A stretch of DNA of 59,605 bases from a virus (taxonomy: Duplodnaviria > Caudoviricetes): positions 1 to 59,605 of the IMG/VR virus record IMGVR_UViG_3300044615_000612; one strand, 5' to 3'. Positions within the stretch are counted from its first letter, which is position 1. Each line of letters starts with the position of its first letter. Shown here piece by piece: positions 46,966-55,737 of this stretch. The position numbers were made by a program, and so were the translations under genes. The notes under the pieces were generated by a model. The model saw only the letters and a program-made list of their open reading frames with translations. It searched no databases and was not told where the DNA came from.

Positions 46966-48072
46966 CTACCGTGCGTAGATCGGCTGCGGTGCGACGCCAA
47001 TACCACCGCCGCCCCAACCGATAATGCGTTTTGATCCGTCAGGGTTGTAGTTGCGATGCCAACTTTGGGCCTGCATCGCATTGGGCCCCCAGAAGTCTGC
47101 AAACGTCACGCCGCCTGGGAACGGGTTGTATCCCGGTTGGTTTTGCGGAAGGCTGGCCAATCGCTGACGCTCTGCTTCGGCCGACGAATCGATTTGCTGC
47201 ATGCGTTGGCTGAATTGTGACCGCATATTATCTGGTAGTGCAGAAGACACTGACTGCCTAGCAGATGCCGCATCTGATGCGTAGCCGTTCATAACCAACC
47301 GATCAGCTGCTGATTGGGCCACGTCCATCAGGTTCTCGCCAGGCCCGGCTCGTCGCAGCATGTTCCTGGCTGTATTCCCAGCCCAGTCACGCTGCTGAGA
47401 TCCGGCTGGCGTACTTGCCCACTGCTGGGCTGCGGCATCTACGCGCTGCTGGTAGCCACTGTCGCCCGTCGATGACTGATACGGAGTCCCCGCGCTGGCG
47501 GGAGGAATTAGCTGGGCCCGTCCCATGGTCGGCATCGGACCGCCGGTCTGCGGCCCCATGACGCTGTCATATGTGGGGAACGGGCCGCCCGTCGGAGGGT
47601 TGACATAGTTGCTGGAACCCTGGCCGCTCATCCAGTCGTCATAGGTTGGGAATGGACCGCCGGTCTGAGGCTGGGATGGTGGAGTAGATGGCTGCGTCAC
47701 GCCAGGAGAAGTTGGCGTCGGTCCGCCGGTTTGTGGCTGGCCTCGCATCCAATCGTCATAGGTTGGTATTTGGCCGCCCTGCTGCGATGACGTACCGCCA
47801 CCGGAAGACTGAATTGGCTGGGCCTGACCCATGGTCGGCATTGGTCCGCCGGTCTGAGGCTGGCCACCGTAGGCAGGCATGCTCGCCGGCTGCGGGCGTG
47901 GAGTGGCTGGCCGGCTGCTGGGGGCCGGCTGCGACTGCTGGTTGTAGATGTTGAACGTCGGTGCCTGCTTGGCCTGGCGCACCTGATTGCCGTAGGGGTC
48001 CATCTGCCCCTGGGCCCGCAGTTGATTCTGGCGACCACGTGATCCAAAACCGGCATGCCCAAACGCGCTCAT
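46966..48072 (-). CDS. Q/P/G-rich repeat protein
   Basis: Repeated QTGGPxPT and PTYDDWM. Confidence 0.7.
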   Translation of the reverse strand: MSAFGHAGFGSRGRQNQLRAQGQMDPYGNQVRQAKQAPTFNIYNQQSQPAPSSRPATPRPQPASMPAYGGQPQTGGPMPTMGQAQPIQSSGGGTSSQQGGQIPTYDDWMRGQPQTGGPTPTSPGVTQPSTPPSQPQTGGPFPTYDDWMSGQGSSNYVNPPTGGPFPTYDSVMGPQTGGPMPTMGRAQLIPPASAGTPYQSSTGDSGYQQRVDAAAQQWASTPAGSQQRDWAGNTARNMLRRAGPGENLMDVAQSAADRLVMNGYASDAASARQSVSSALPDNMRSQFSQRMQQIDSSAEAERQRLASLPQNQPGYNPFPGGVTFADFWGPNAMQAQSWHRNYNPDGSKRIIGWGGGGIGVAPQPIYAR

Positions 48073-48221
48073 CGCTCGCCCTGCTTGTTGGTCATGGAAT
48101 CAGTGCCCACGCCATACCCATGGAGCATCCTGAGCCGCTCGGCATCCATCTGGGGCTCCGCCTGTCGCACCTCATTGATGAGCTGCCGGAGGTAGTCCAG
48201 GTTGGGTATGGCTGCGTCCAT
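48069..48221 (-). CDS. 50-aa hypothetical protein (not in the ORF track)
   Basis: Hand translation MDAAIPNLDYLRQLINEVRQAEP...; ATGA-coupled to the next gene. Confidence 0.55.
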   Translation of the reverse strand: MDAAIPNLDYLRQLINEVRQAEPQMDAERLRMLHGYGVGTDSMTNKQGER

Positions 48222-48225
48222 CTAC

Positions 48226-48264
48226 AGAAAAAGCCTCTGACCCAGTCGCCCAGGTCAGAGGCTT
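48226..48264 (-). terminator. Intrinsic terminator after capsid/decoration genes
   Basis: 12-bp stem AAGCCTCTGACC/GGTCAGAGGCTT followed by TTTCT. Confidence 0.8.
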
Positions 48265-48293
48265 CCCCCTAGCCCCAGAAGGGCGTGAACGGT

Positions 48294-48884
48294 TCAGACC
48301 CCGCAGTTGACGATCGCCAGCACCGCGGAGCCGGTCGTTGCACCGGCAGAGCAGGCGATACCGATCACACCCAGGCCGTTGTTTCCAGCAGCCGTGGTCG
48401 CCGCACCAACGCCGCTCGGCGTCACGCGGCCAGCCGTGGTCGCACCGGCCGTCGCAGCGGTGATCGCCGCGAGCCGGTCGCCCACCGCCACCTCAGTACC
48501 GGAGAGAGCGTGAGCCACCTCGGTCGGACCGGAGACGGTCACCCAGAACACGTCGTTGGACGCCACCCCGGAAGCCGGGAGGAACTCGTCAACGACGCCG
48601 ACACGCTCCTCATTGGTGACGGCCGAATAGCCGTCCACCTCGGAGAACACCGCCGTGCCGGCCGTGCCCACCCGGAACCGCACCACCCGCTTCGGCAGCA
48701 GGGCGCCACCGGAGCTGTTGCGGACGGCGATGCAGGTCTTCAGCCGGTTGCTGCGGATCGCACCCGTCGAAGGGTTCACGTCGGGAAACTGCTTCACGCA
48801 GCCCACCCAACCCGTACCATCGGCAGTGGACGACACGCCCAGGGTCTGGCCAAGAGCGAACGGCGGATCGATCGTCAGAGACAT
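48294..48884 (-). CDS. Capsid decoration/cement protein
   Basis: Follows MCP; GVVD...FWVTVSG; Ala/Gly/Thr-rich. Confidence 0.72.
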   Translation of the reverse strand: MSLTIDPPFALGQTLGVSSTADGTGWVGCVKQFPDVNPSTGAIRSNRLKTCIAVRNSSGGALLPKRVVRFRVGTAGTAVFSEVDGYSAVTNEERVGVVDEFLPASGVASNDVFWVTVSGPTEVAHALSGTEVAVGDRLAAITAATAGATTAGRVTPSGVGAATTAAGNNGLGVIGIACSAGATTGSAVLAIVNCGV

Positions 48885-48903
48885 GCGACTCACTCCTAAC
48901 GGG

Positions 48904-50016
48904 TCAGGCGTAGTTCTTGAACTTGATGAACGACCTGGGCGACTTGAACTTCATGTTGCCCAGCGTGGAGACACAGTAGCGATACGATTGGGTGACCTCG
49001 TCGTAGAACGGCCCCTCGCTGTTATACATCTGCGACTCCATGTTCAGGAGTTCGATGTTGCCGATGGCGAGGCCGTATCCGGTGTCCGCCGGGACCGCGT
49101 ACTCCGTGCCCACTTCCACGCCGTCGATTTCGACGGTGTTGAAGCCGAACGACCGCAGGCCGTTCTCGCGGGAGACGATGACGCGCTCCTTGGAGTCCTG
49201 CTTGTTGAGGAAGTCGATGTAGAGCTTCCGGTCCAGGACCACCAGATCGATGGCGTCTTCCTTGGTGTCGTTCCGCTTGGCGTAATGCAAGCCGGCCCGG
49301 ATCGCCTTCACACAGTTCTCCGCCCAGGTGGCAGAGCTGCCGCCCCAGAACGTGGACGTGTAGTTCACCAGGATGGGCGAGTAGAAATCGTACTCGCTGT
49401 CCGCCTTGCCGCCCGGCCACGTGCCGGTCAGCTGCGAGCCGCCGTAGTAACCCAGCTGGGTGTTGAGCCCGGCGTAGGTATCCGACGGGTAGGCAAACGG
49501 GTCCGCAGCATTGGCCGAACGCTGGGTGCCATCGGTCACGTGGAGCGTGCCGTTGTTGCCGAAGAACGACTCCAGGCCGTGATACCGAAGCTCGTTGCCG
49601 CTGGCATTGCCGTCATTCCAGACCTCCTGCGAGAGGTACTGTTCGATGGAGGTGAGGAGACGGCTGGCCATCTTGCCGGCCACGTTGACCAGGGCGCTGG
49701 TGCCTCGGTTCTCCAGAAGCTCCTTGCGGTAGATCATGTCCGTGGCCTGATAGCCCCGGTACTCAAGCTCCGCTTTCTTCCACAAATTCTGGCGGCTGAA
49801 GGAGCGAGGAGTCTCGCCGTTGTTGCCCTGCGGCTGATGCAGCCTATAGGACACCTCCCAGTCGAAACCCCTTCCGGCCATGTTCATCCGGATGTTGCCG
49901 CGACTTTCGATGGCAGCGAACACCATGTACTTGCGGAGGGAGGCAATCTCCTCCTCACGCAGGTGGTTGACGATCGTCGTTGCAATCGACCGGGCGAAAT
50001 CAGTGGACGAAGGCAT
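48904..50016 (-). CDS. Major capsid protein
   Basis: 370 aa after scaffold; WNDG...GL, GFNTVEIDG motifs; strong codon bias. Confidence 0.85.
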   Translation of the reverse strand: MPSSTDFARSIATTIVNHLREEEIASLRKYMVFAAIESRGNIRMNMAGRGFDWEVSYRLHQPQGNNGETPRSFSRQNLWKKAELEYRGYQATDMIYRKELLENRGTSALVNVAGKMASRLLTSIEQYLSQEVWNDGNASGNELRYHGLESFFGNNGTLHVTDGTQRSANAADPFAYPSDTYAGLNTQLGYYGGSQLTGTWPGGKADSEYDFYSPILVNYTSTFWGGSSATWAENCVKAIRAGLHYAKRNDTKEDAIDLVVLDRKLYIDFLNKQDSKERVIVSRENGLRSFGFNTVEIDGVEVGTEYAVPADTGYGLAIGNIELLNMESQMYNSEGPFYDEVTQSYRYCVSTLGNMKFKSPRSFIKFKNYA

Positions 50017-50030
50017 CGCTTAGTAACTCC

Positions 50031-51053
50031 CTAGATGGACCCGTCTTTGACCAGCTGCGCCCGTAGACGCTCCTCAAAGCTCATCTTCGACTGCGGAACC
50101 CGCGGCTCCGTAGCCCCGCCGCTCCTGCTCGGCGCGCGTGTCGCACGCTGTCGCAGGAACTGCATGTTCGATTGGGCCTGCGGCTCCACCGGAGGCGGCT
50201 CCGGCTGGGGCGGAGGCGCCTGCGGCGTGGCGAACATCTGCTGCACCTGCTGATAGCGGAGATTCAGCAGATCACGCTCCAGCATGCTGGTTGCGTACTG
50301 CCATCTCCCTTCAGCCGTGGCGATGCCCGCCTGCGCGGCCTGTGCGATGTAGCCCCGGATGGCCTGACCCTCTGGGGTCACCTGTCCGTTGCCGTCGTAC
50401 AGCCAGTCGGAGTTCTGCTGCTCCAACGACTGCACGTAGTTTTGTGCGGTGTATTGACCCAGCTGCTGCTGAACCAGCTCCTGGGCCTTCTGCTGGGCGA
50501 TCGATTCGATGAAGGGCTTCAGGGTCCCTTCAGGATCGGTGACGAACTTCTTGGCGAAGTTGGCCGTGTACGCCTGGTACGCCCTGATCTGAGCCTGGGC
50601 GTCGATCGGTGCATCCTGGGCGATGACCTCGCGGCCGGTCTCAGGATCCCGGACGATGTACTGACGCCATTCGTCCTTCACCTGCGGAGGGTCCCACCAC
50701 TTGGGCTGGGCGGGAGCCTGCTGCTGGGTGGCCTTCTGCTGGGCCTGCCACTGCCGGTACTGCTCGGCGTTCTGCATGTACTCCAGGGTCGCCGGCATCA
50801 TGGACTGATACTGGCGGAGCTGGCCCTGGGCGTCGCGGTAGCCCTGCATCGACTGATACAGGGTGCGAGCGATCGTTACGTCATCGGCTCCGTTGAACTC
50901 CGGCAGCTGCTTGAAAGCGTCATAGACGCTCCCGGCCGGCTGGGCCGATGCTTGCGTGGGCTGCGAGTTGTCAAAGGACTGCTGCGGTGCCGCACTCTGC
51001 GGCGCCGACTCCGGAGCTTGCGACTCCGGCGACGGCATTGCGTCGTCGCTCAT
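50031..51053 (-). CDS. Capsid scaffolding protein
   Basis: Disordered acidic N-terminus, helical Q-rich body, C-terminal helix MSFEERLRAQL; upstream of MCP. Confidence 0.75.
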   Translation of the reverse strand: MSDDAMPSPESQAPESAPQSAAPQQSFDNSQPTQASAQPAGSVYDAFKQLPEFNGADDVTIARTLYQSMQGYRDAQGQLRQYQSMMPATLEYMQNAEQYRQWQAQQKATQQQAPAQPKWWDPPQVKDEWRQYIVRDPETGREVIAQDAPIDAQAQIRAYQAYTANFAKKFVTDPEGTLKPFIESIAQQKAQELVQQQLGQYTAQNYVQSLEQQNSDWLYDGNGQVTPEGQAIRGYIAQAAQAGIATAEGRWQYATSMLERDLLNLRYQQVQQMFATPQAPPPQPEPPPVEPQAQSNMQFLRQRATRAPSRSGGATEPRVPQSKMSFEERLRAQLVKDGSI

Positions 51054-51128
51054 CTCTTTCCTTTCAGGTGGCCAGGGGGTGCCTGTGGAAAGAGTGCCCG
51101 TGGTCTGCGGATCGCAAACCGATTTTGC

Positions 51129-52067
51129 CTATGGCGACGTGTACTGCCGCAGCAGCTCGGAGGTGATCGCCTGTTTTTGCCGCTGTTGAGCGCCGTCCGG
51201 GGCGAGCATGCTGCCCGCTGCGAACGGGGCTACAAACGCTGCGCCACCGCCAACGTCTTCGGCAAAAGCCCGTGGCAACTGCCGGATTGCCTTGCCGGCG
51301 TAAGGCACAAACGGATCCGTGGCCGTACCCAGGACGAGCCCGCCAAGGACGTGCGTCCATGGTGAGGCATCAGGGAACGCCCGTTGCAGCAAGTCCGTTT
51401 CGTCTACGGTCGTCAGCTCTGGTGGAGGCCGATAGTCTTCGCGGCTCACGTCGTAGAGGGGCCGTGCACGCTCCGCGGCAAGGTAGTCGTCGTAAGCCCG
51501 CAAATGCGCTGGCCGGCGGCCGACATAAGCCGTGAGTGGGTAAGTCAGGCCATCCACTGCGTTGGAGAATTGCGCAGCCGCTTCTGGGCTTTGGGCAGGC
51601 TCGCCCATGGCGGTAAGGACCTGATCGGTTGCCATCTGGCCAGCGCTCATCAGTGCCTGGAAAGGAGCCATGACAGCACCCGTGCGTGACGCACCGGACC
51701 ATGGCGGAGCCATGCCTGCGGAAAATGTGTCGGACCGGAGCTGGGACGTGTCCATCCCAGACCACCCCAGGCGGCCCTTCACGTCCTGCCTGAGATCGGT
51801 TGGAACTCCCCGGAGGGCCTCTTCAACTCCGTCGATGATGTTGGCACGCCGCTGGTCACGCTGCCACATCCCTTGTGGCTTGACGTACTGGGGCGACCAA
51901 GAGTTCAGGAAGTCGGTGCGGTACGGATACTGCTCGGCTATCGCAGCCGCCGTTGGGCGAGGATGCTCCGGCAATGAGGCATTGGCGGCCTCGTCCCGCA
52001 GCTCGCGGATGCGGGCTGCAATCCGCATCGCCTCTTGCAGGACCATTCCATCACGGCCCGGCTCCAT
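51129..52067 (-). CDS. Putative internal virion protein
   Basis: GGLVLGTATDPF hydrophobic segment; TGATG coupling. Confidence 0.65.
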   Translation of the reverse strand: MEPGRDGMVLQEAMRIAARIRELRDEAANASLPEHPRPTAAAIAEQYPYRTDFLNSWSPQYVKPQGMWQRDQRRANIIDGVEEALRGVPTDLRQDVKGRLGWSGMDTSQLRSDTFSAGMAPPWSGASRTGAVMAPFQALMSAGQMATDQVLTAMGEPAQSPEAAAQFSNAVDGLTYPLTAYVGRRPAHLRAYDDYLAAERARPLYDVSREDYRPPPELTTVDETDLLQRAFPDASPWTHVLGGLVLGTATDPFVPYAGKAIRQLPRAFAEDVGGGAAFVAPFAAGSMLAPDGAQQRQKQAITSELLRQYTSP

Positions 52068-52531
52068 CAGCCCACCTGCCTGGCAGTGCCAGTGAGATCA
52101 ATCAGCAACGGACTCATGGGAGAGGAGAGTTCCTGAGCCTGGCGGGCCATGCGGACTCGCTCCAGCATGGACTGAGCCCGGATCTGTTCGATGTCCTTCT
52201 CATGCTCCATGCGACGAATCTCCCGGAGCTGGGAGACGCGGGACTTCATCTCGTCACCGATGGCGTCGTTTACGTCGTCCGCGGCCTTGGCCAGGACGCC
52301 TGCCTGAACGTCAGGTGTAATGACAGGGACAGGAAGACCGACCTGCGGAATGTTGAACGCGGCGCGGGGTCTCGCCTGCTGGTTGGCCTGGTTGTTGGCT
52401 GGGCGACGTTGCTGACCCACGGGAGCCAAGGGATTGGCCGGGATCTCGTCCCGCTTTTCCTTGGGCTGATCGCCAAACTGCTCGGCAAAGCCTCTGCGGA
52501 TCGACTCCTCCAGAATCGCATTCAGGTCCAT
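52067..52531 (-). CDS. Hypothetical coiled-coil protein
   Basis: TAATG coupling. Confidence 0.65.
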   Translation of the reverse strand: MDLNAILEESIRRGFAEQFGDQPKEKRDEIPANPLAPVGQQRRPANNQANQQARPRAAFNIPQVGLPVPVITPDVQAGVLAKAADDVNDAIGDEMKSRVSQLREIRRMEHEKDIEQIRAQSMLERVRMARQAQELSSPMSPLLIDLTGTARQVG

Positions 52532-52938
52532 TAGGTCTTCCTCTTGGCCTTCCAGCAGGCCATGCGTACCAGGGCACGTCCGGCAGTGCGGATGAACGGC
52601 AGGCCACGCTTCTTGGCCGTCTCCTCCATCACGTCCACTATCTCTTCAATGTGCTTCACGGCCTCGTCTGGACCCCATTCGTCCATCTGGCGGGCCATCT
52701 TGTTGCACTTGCAGGTAGGGGAGGCGTGGATCCCCATGGTGGACAACATGGCCTTCAGCTCTGTGCCTGGCCCGGGGTGGGGTGCGTACTTGGCCCGTAT
52801 CCTCTGGAAGTGATGCTCCGGCATCTCCAAGTGGGTGTCGGAGACCTTGGTGGCAAAACGCAAGACCTCTTCCGTGTACCCGGGCTTACGGGAGGTGGCG
52901 GCCTGTTCCAGCTTGGCTATGGATATGAGGTGCTTCAT
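52531..52938 (-). CDS. GPGTELK...CxC...MDxWG-type protein, partner of the Cys-rich protein
   Basis: GPGTELKAML...TCKCNKMARQMDEWG; ATGA overlap. Confidence 0.72.
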   Translation of the reverse strand: MKHLISIAKLEQAATSRKPGYTEEVLRFATKVSDTHLEMPEHHFQRIRAKYAPHPGPGTELKAMLSTMGIHASPTCKCNKMARQMDEWGPDEAVKHIEEIVDVMEETAKKRGLPFIRTAGRALVRMACWKAKRKT

Positions 52939-53609
52939 GGCGGATCGTCTGCTGATTCGCAACAGGCACCAGGGCACAGGAACGGATTCAAAGCTCTACC
53001 GCTGCCAACGCAACAGTAGTAATCCGAAGTGCCTTCCGGAGAGCCAGCGTAGGCTCGCCCAGGGGGGCATACGTTTGCGCCGCCTGGCTCAAAAGGGAAC
53101 AGTTCGACACCACCGGGGTCCTGGCACAGGTCATTTACGCAACAGCGACAGGGTCCGCAGTCTGCGTCTGTCGCGCATGACTCTGGACACTCGCCGCACA
53201 CGCCATCGTTACAGCACTGACCCTCTGGGCAGTCCTCGTCGGACTCGCACTCGCACGGCACGCACTCCTCGTCTACGCAGCATTCGCCCTCTGGGCAGCA
53301 CACACCGGCACAGCAGGTCTCGCCAGGGTCGCAGCAGACTGCCCCAACATCACCTGGACAACAGGTCTGATCGTTGTTGCAGCACACGCCCTGGCCGTCG
53401 TTGCAGCAGTACTGGGCCTCGGTGCAGCAGACCTCTGACTCACCAACCCCTATTTCATAGACAGTGCAGCACTCCCTGGGATTCTCACAGCAGACCTGGG
53501 ACTCTCCTGTGCCGCAGCACACGTCCGGGTCCTTGCAGCACACCTTGTTGCCGTCAGGGCCGCAGCACTCGCCATCCAGCTTGACGCAGCAGCAGGTGCA
53601 GCAGGGCAT
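52935..53609 (-). CDS. Extremely Cys-rich acidic protein (CC-doublet repeats)
   Basis: About 51 of 224 residues are Cys; coupled on both sides. Confidence 0.8.
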   Translation of the reverse strand: MPCCTCCCVKLDGECCGPDGNKVCCKDPDVCCGTGESQVCCENPRECCTVYEIGVGESEVCCTEAQYCCNDGQGVCCNNDQTCCPGDVGAVCCDPGETCCAGVCCPEGECCVDEECVPCECESDEDCPEGQCCNDGVCGECPESCATDADCGPCRCCVNDLCQDPGGVELFPFEPGGANVCPPGRAYAGSPEGTSDYYCCVGSGRALNPFLCPGACCESADDPP

Positions 53610-53878
53610 TACCAGCTCCAGTTGCAGGACCAGTAGCCGGCCGTGAGCTTGTCGGTCTTCTCGTCACAGTTGTGACGGGCTTTGAAGTTGGCCCTGCGGC
53701 CTTCATCTCCATGACCGCCACCGGAGCCGTCCCGGTAATGGCCCATGGAGGCATCGCCAAACCGGACGATCCGCTCCTCGTCGCCCACCTTGGCGCGGAC
53801 GACGAACTTCTTGCCACCCTGCGTGTCACGCACGGGACGGTTGGGGATCAGCCGGCGGATGTTGTCTTCACTTGCCAC
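53609..53878 (-). CDS. Conserved small basic viral protein (VRFG...RRxxFxARH.C...YWS type)
   Basis: KKFVV...IVRFGD...RRANFKARHNC...AGYWSC; GTG start. Confidence 0.78.
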   Translation of the reverse strand: MASEDNIRRLIPNRPVRDTQGGKKFVVRAKVGDEERIVRFGDASMGHYRDGSGGGHGDEGRRANFKARHNCDEKTDKLTAGYWSCNWSW

Positions 53879-54020
53879 TGAGCTTGTTCCACTGCTTCTG
53901 GTCCGGATAGCCCTTGTCACCCGGCTTGGCCGGAGCTTCACCACGCTCACGCTTGGCGTGGATGTTGGCCCACAGACCAGGCCGCAGCTTGCGGATCTTG
54001 TCTCCGTTTGGGTCACTCAT
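53868..54020 (-). CDS. 50-aa PGLWANIHAKR-type phage protein (not in the ORF track)
   Basis: Hand translation MSDPNGDKIRKLRPGLWANIHAKRERGEAPAKPGDKGYP... Confidence 0.78.
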   Translation of the reverse strand: MSDPNGDKIRKLRPGLWANIHAKRERGEAPAKPGDKGYPDQKQWNKLSGK

Positions 54021-55014
54021 CGTTCACCTGCGGAGCCAGTAAAAACGGCAGAGACATAAACATGTTCCGCCTGTATCGGTACTCTGGGTCCAAGGCAGAC
54101 AAACCGCTGTGCCGGACCGACGGCAGCGGACTGTCAGCGCTGCTTCCAAAATACGCAACACTACGCGGCGACTCGTCACCAACCAGGATCCCCTGGTATC
54201 CCATCTGTTTCATTTCTGGAATCAAGCTGGCCGCCTCGTTCCACTGACCGTACATGGGATGCGATTCTTCTAATCTGTCGTAAGGATACGCCGATCCTCC
54301 GCGTTCTATCGCCCTGTAACGGACGGCCGGCAGCCGATACCACGCTTCGTCGCTGGCATCCTTACCAGGCAGCTCAACACCCGTCCTTTGAGATGATGCT
54401 AACCCATTGTCTCTGTCGGCTATGAAAGCGTGCCATTGATATTTATTGTCCGATCCGCCCAGGCGGTGCAGTCTTCCCAGGAGTTCGTCCACGTCCATAG
54501 GACGCGGAGCCCGGTCCAGGCCGGCGACATGGCGTGCGCCCCATAGCGGGTAAACGGCGTATGGGTTTTGCGCCGCGTTTTGAGCCATGTCCGGCGTGAA
54601 CGACGTGTACACAAGTCCGTTGCGCGATCTCCCTAGAACAGAAGCCTTCCCAGGGTCGTCCCAGCGGTACATCGTCTGGCCAGGCATAAACCCCAAGGCG
54701 TAGGCTCGCTGTTCACGCCCGGACGGTGACATGTCCAGCTGTCCAGAACGGACGCGGTCAATCACGTCCGCTGTCACGTCATGGGCAGCAAGAAAATCTA
54801 GATACTCCTGCGTTACCCCTTCTTCTGCCACGGATCTGGCAAGCTCATCCATGCCAGTCTGATAACTGCTGCTGTTGACTCGCCTTGCCTCCGGATTCAT
54901 GCCGGTGACCGAAAGTGCGTCTAGGACTTTGTGCCTGGTCACAGGCGGCAATGACCTGGCGCGCGCCCCTGCAACTGGCAGTAGCCGTCTGATGGAAGCG
55001 GCGAAGTCAGCCAT
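54013..55014 (-). CDS. ART-PolyVal-like ADP-ribosyltransferase
   Basis: REQRAYALGF...MYR...VYTSFTP...VYPLW...MGYQGILVGDE...SALDP follows the ART-PolyVal motif order; candidate R-S-E triad. Confidence 0.62.
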   Translation of the reverse strand: MADFAASIRRLLPVAGARARSLPPVTRHKVLDALSVTGMNPEARRVNSSSYQTGMDELARSVAEEGVTQEYLDFLAAHDVTADVIDRVRSGQLDMSPSGREQRAYALGFMPGQTMYRWDDPGKASVLGRSRNGLVYTSFTPDMAQNAAQNPYAVYPLWGARHVAGLDRAPRPMDVDELLGRLHRLGGSDNKYQWHAFIADRDNGLASSQRTGVELPGKDASDEAWYRLPAVRYRAIERGGSAYPYDRLEESHPMYGQWNEAASLIPEMKQMGYQGILVGDESPRSVAYFGSSADSPLPSVRHSGLSALDPEYRYRRNMFMSLPFLLAPQVNDE

Positions 55015-55039
55015 TGCACCCTACGCCATCTGAGGCCGG

Positions 55040-55093
55040 TCACTCATCGTCTTCATCCGGCCAGAAAAGGAACCAGTAGATGTCTTCGCCCAT
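55040..55093 (-). CDS. 17-aa micropeptide MGEDIYWFLFWPDEDDE
   Basis: ATG immediately follows the upstream TAA. Confidence 0.35.
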   Translation of the reverse strand: MGEDIYWFLFWPDEDDE

Positions 55094-55723
55094 TTACTCA
55101 GTGTCCTGAGACAGGGCATCCAACCACCAAGGCGACGTTGCCAATCCGGTAGCGAGCCCAACACGCATGGGCGTGCGTGGGTCGTCGGCAACTCGCTGGA
55201 CACCATGCAGCAAGCCGGCTATCCGCGCCGCAGCGTCCTTGCCCTGGTCTGCGTAGGACCTCTGGTAGGCGTCCCACGGCACATCAGCAAACGGCCTGCT
55301 ACCGCCGGCCATGCGGGCGACCATCTCATCCGCCACCAAGCCAAGGCCAGGAACGCGGTCCAGAGCCGCCACCGCACGTGACTGCCAGGGCATGCCGTCA
55401 ACGCCCAACATGGCGGCGCGGTTGTAGCCATGCATCACCTCATGGCGACGCACATTCCTGTCACCAACCGGATACACCACCGCACCGATGGTTCCTTTGT
55501 CCTGATAGATTTCAGGACTGTGAACGAAGAGCCCTTCCCAGCCGTCCGCCTTCAGAGCATCCTCGGCGTACTGGACCAGAGGGTCTGCGCCGCTCTGCAC
55601 GGGATGGGCCATCGGCTCTAGGGCCCGGTACTTGAGTTCGCCAGCGTCCAGGGACCTGTACGGCAGGTCCACCATCGCACGGCGGGCGGCCAAGAGCTTC
55701 CGGATGCGGGAGGCTGGGTCCAT
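55094..55723 (-). CDS. Zincin-like metallopeptidase
   Basis: RRHEVMHG (HExxH) and downstream ADEMVAR. Confidence 0.65.
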   Translation of the reverse strand: MDPASRIRKLLAARRAMVDLPYRSLDAGELKYRALEPMAHPVQSGADPLVQYAEDALKADGWEGLFVHSPEIYQDKGTIGAVVYPVGDRNVRRHEVMHGYNRAAMLGVDGMPWQSRAVAALDRVPGLGLVADEMVARMAGGSRPFADVPWDAYQRSYADQGKDAAARIAGLLHGVQRVADDPRTPMRVGLATGLATSPWWLDALSQDTE

Positions 55724-55737
55724 GCGGACTAATGCCC

